Shown here: piece after piece, positions 60,511 to 64,000 of the stretch | Position numbering within the stretch: position 1 is the first letter of the stretch | How the letters are laid out: each line of letters starts with the position of its first letter | Program-made: the position numbers and the translations under genes | From: Stegostoma tigrinum | Lineage: Eukaryota | Assembly: GCF_030684315.1 (NCBI RefSeq) | Contig: NC_081360.1 | Span: 48,183,424 to 48,247,423 of the forward strand | Direction of reading: 5' to 3' | Length of the DNA stretch: 64,000 nucleotides | The notes under the pieces: generated by a model | The model's database searches: none | The model's input: the letters and a program-made list of their open reading frames with translations, nothing else | What the model was told of the DNA's origin: nothing

Positions 60511-61898
60511 GTAAGTGAAAGCACTCTAGTTACATCACAGACTAAACCTGGAGGTCCATAGACTGAATACAGTTTGATCCAAATTATGTTAATCTCTCTT
60601 TTGCATGATGATTTTTAAGTGACAGACTAAAAACACATGATTCAATGATAATCTGTCATAATCACCCACTACTAATGAATTTAGAGCAGATGTTCATACT
60701 CGATTTGGCAACAGTGAACACTTCATTTAAAGAAGAAATGCCAATCTGATACCAAACAGTTCCCACAGGAAAATAGGGGAAATTGATGGACAAGTAAAAA
60801 CAGGCTTTTCTCATGTAGCTTTCGTTGGTCAGACTAATACTTAAAAATTCCAAGGGAGAATCTGGGAAAGTTACAGAGTACACCGAAATAAAAGGGAAAT
60901 TTTTAAACAGATTTTTATTCTTTGAACAGAACTATAATTTCTATCAGTAGTTCTATCCTTAATATTATAAAAACACATAACTGTTGAACTCTATGATCTC
61001 CTATATTTCTTTTAACAGTTCAGTTACCATAAATTATACTTGTAATAATATTGCTATTAAAACTAAGAAAAATGGTCAAAACACACATAAATTGCATCTT
61101 TCATTATCTACTCATTCAATAATAATTATTAGTTGCTCTCATTTTATTTCATAAATCTATTATATTACTTTAAGAAACAGTCTCCTAATTAACAGCCTTC
61201 AGGATTGTGCATTTCAGTGTTCTGATTGCATTGTTTCTTTTACATTATTTACTCCTATGAAGAGTCAGGATAGCATGAGAGTTAGAACAGCCATTGCAAT
61301 GTATAGAATTGGATTACTTAAGTACTGTCTATTCTATTCTGTCTAAATGTAAGTATTTTTCTCTAGTTTGATGAACGAGTATATTTTGTCAGTTATTTAT
61401 TTTCCCTCTTGTTGACTGATAAATTTCAGCAAGTTTCTGATGGGCAAGTTATGCACAGAAGAATGAATTTTGTTTGCATTGAACAATTTGTTTCTCTTAA
61501 ATCCCACTGATGATTTCCTACCTGAGCAGGAAATGGCAGAGACTCATGCCAGTTTATGGAATGGGGTAGATCCTGGAGTCCACCTCACTGGAACAGGATC
61601 TTGGAAGACTAATGGATATAGAATCTGAAGCATGGTAGAAATCAGGACCCTTTGTGCCCAAGGAGCTTGAATAAAATTATCTATGTGCAAGGAGTCCTTA
61701 AAGACTGTAAGTAAAAGGGGACAATCTGTCTCGATTAGATTTAAAACCAGATGAAGAAGCAGTCTCCAAAGCCAATGCACTTTCCCAGGATTGTAAAGAA
61801 TCAATGAAAGGCATAAATCAGTGCCTAAGCATTTATAGGAGTGTATTCTGTGACTACAAGCCTATAAAAATATGATATAATCTTTTCGATGCCTACAG

Positions 61899-62031
61899 AT
61901 ATTAAGAACTCTTCACAGGACTTATGCCAACATGAAGTTAAAGCCAATGTGGTGTGATATAAACCCCAAGGCAGTGACCACAGATGAACTGTTTGGATTC
62001 TTGCATCCTGCTACACGTGAATGGAAAGATG
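61899..62031 (+). CDS. DNAH11: Dynein heavy chain exon (AAA2): [44 protein letters not shown](G)
   Basis: ctacag|ATA, G|gtaagt, 133 nt; NPKAVT.DELFG..REWKDG. Confidence 0.95.
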
Positions 62032-62889
62032 GTAAGTCGAATGAGGTTGTCAAGTTCAGCTTTTGGGTTATCATAAACATTGATGATTTTGTTTTCCCGA
62101 ATTGTTGTTGGATACATGTAACTTTGCAGTGAGAGTCGCTACCTAGTTATTCAGTGGGAAACAGCATTTCAGCTCAGATCATGCATTGCTGCCAGAATGG
62201 ACAGACACTACAGGGAAATGCTACAGCACGGGAGATGGAAGGCCAAGAAACAAGTCTAAACTGAGGTCACTGAACCAATGGTGTTGCAAAGCCAGAACTG
62301 AAGAACTGAAGGGGCAGATGCAAAACCTAGCGGGTACTGGTCTAACAGAAGATGAAAGTTAACAGACAGTCAGACAAAAGCAAGAAAGCTTCATGAAGGC
62401 TGTGATAAAGGCAGGGAGAATTAAGTTGAGTTCTGAGGAACAGGAATAACCCAGGGGTAAAGCTGTGAAAAATATCACTATTGAGAACACACACAGTTGG
62501 AATTATTCAGTAGAAAATGTCAAAGAAGCAGGATTCATCTCTAAAAGTAATTTAATAAAACAGAAGTTAAAACAGACAATGTTTATTAAAACCACAGGCA
62601 GTGCGATTCATTTAGTAAAGCTGTTAAGGAAACAGGAATCAAATGAAGTTGCAAATGGCAGGCATTCTTCGTTATACCCATAAAATGGTGGGAATCCTCC
62701 ATTTTAGCTACAAAATGCAAGAAAAGGCTCCTATATAGTATCACAGAGCAACGGCTCTGCTAATAGTGCAAAATAAAAGACTTTAAAGTTGGAAAATAAT
62801 GATTTACACTCAGAGGATGTTGTATCAAACCATTATTGCAAGAGAGATTTAATTCGAGTTTGGAAAAATTAATTTAAAAAATTGGACAT

Positions 62890-63910
62890 GGCGTCATGCA
62901 ATATGGAAACAGACCCTATGGCCCAACTAATCCATGCCAACCAAGTTACCTAAATTGAACTAGTCTCATTTGCCTGCATTTGCCACATATTCCTCGAAAC
63001 ATTCCTATCCATATACCTGTCTAAATGTCATGTAAATGTTGTCAATGCACTCGCCTCTACCATTTCTTCTATCAGCTCATTCCAAACATGCACCACCTTC
63101 TGTGTGGAAAGGTTGCCTGTCAGGTCCATTTTAAATGTTACCCCTCTCACCTGAAACCTGTGCCCTTTAGTTTTGAACTCTCCCACCCTGGGGAAAAGAC
63201 CTTGGCTATTCACCTTATTTATGCCCCTCCACATTTATAAACCTCTGTAAAATCACCCCTCAGCCTCCAAAGCTCCGGAGAGAAAGTCCCGGCCTATCCA
63301 GCGTCTCCTTAACACTTGAACCTTCCAGTCTCAGTAACATCTTTTCCAATCTTTTTTGCACCCTTTCCAGTTTAATAACATGCTGGATGACCAGAATTGT
63401 ATGCAGCCTTCCAAATGTGGCTCTACCAATATTGTTGCTGCAACACGACATCCCAATCCCTGTAATCAGTGATTTGACAAATGAAGGCAAGCATGCCAAA
63501 TGCTGTCTTCACTACCCTGTCTATCTGTGGTGCCACTTTCAAGAAACAATGTATCTGCACCCCCAGGTTTCTCTGTTCGACAGTATTCCTTAGGACCCTA
63601 ACTGCTACCTGTGTGAGTCCTGCCCTGGTTTCTATAACAAAATGCAGTGCCTTGTATTTTTCTAAATTAAACTCTATTCTTTGCCCACTGGCCCAGTTGA
63701 TCAATATCATGTACTCTGTCCACTTAATCACCAACTTTGGTGTCATCCGCAAACTTACTAACGTGCCTGCTATATTCTCATCCGAATTATTTATATAACT
63801 GAGGAACAACAACCGATCCTTGTGGCACGTTGCTGGTCACAGTCTGAACAAGAACCTTCGACCACCACCCTTCGTTCCCTACCATCGAGCCAATTTTGTG
63901 TCTAATCTTC
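62890..63910 (-). mobile_element. CR1/HER1-like LINE 3' fragment
   Basis: VEQRNLGVQIH..LKVAPQIDRVVK.AFGMLAFI; KLERVQKR; KTKGHRF. Confidence 0.82.
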
Positions 63911-64000
63911 GAGAATGATTCTAAATAGAGAACAGGTTCCAAACTAGATACTAAATCAGAAGCTGAACGAGTGAATACTCTCTGAAATGCAATTGGGAGT

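Larger units (their letters stand above)
1684..62031 (+). other. DNAH11: Internal part of an axonemal dynein heavy chain gene (DNAH11-like; DNAH9/11/17 group), 15 exons in window
   Basis: All 15 exons have AG/GT boundaries and join in frame without stops (2182 nt). [14 protein letters not shown] and [10 protein letters not shown] resemble DNAH11 more than DNAH9/17, from recalled sequences. Orthology not tested. Confidence 0.8.

Noticed and set aside
1684-62031. Dynein pseudogene
   Set aside because: All 15 exons are stop-free, phase-compatible and have canonical splice sites.

Overview
Eukaryotic, repeat-rich intragenic window. The repeat content (HE1-like V-SINEs, CR1/HER1-like LINEs, Deu-domain SINEs) points to a cartilaginous fish, probably a shark; this is an inference. 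The + strand carries 15 consecutive, phase-consistent GT-AG exons (2182 nt, about 727 codons) of an axonemal outer-arm dynein heavy chain, best matching DNAH11. They span the linker, all of AAA1 ([15 protein letters not shown]) and the start of AAA2. The introns hold decayed CR1 LINEs, tRNA-derived SINEs and two clades of Penelope-like retroelements (PLEs). The most notable signal is a set of PLE-derived fold-back insertions, about 0.15-2.5 kb long. They carry minimal hammerhead-ribozyme motifs, 11-15 bp target-site duplications and a ~37-nt tail on one arm only. One insertion folds back exactly at the predicted ribozyme cleavage site. A nested set of long inverted repeats lies just upstream of the AAA2 P-loop exon. 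All calls were made by eye, and repeat boundaries are approximate.
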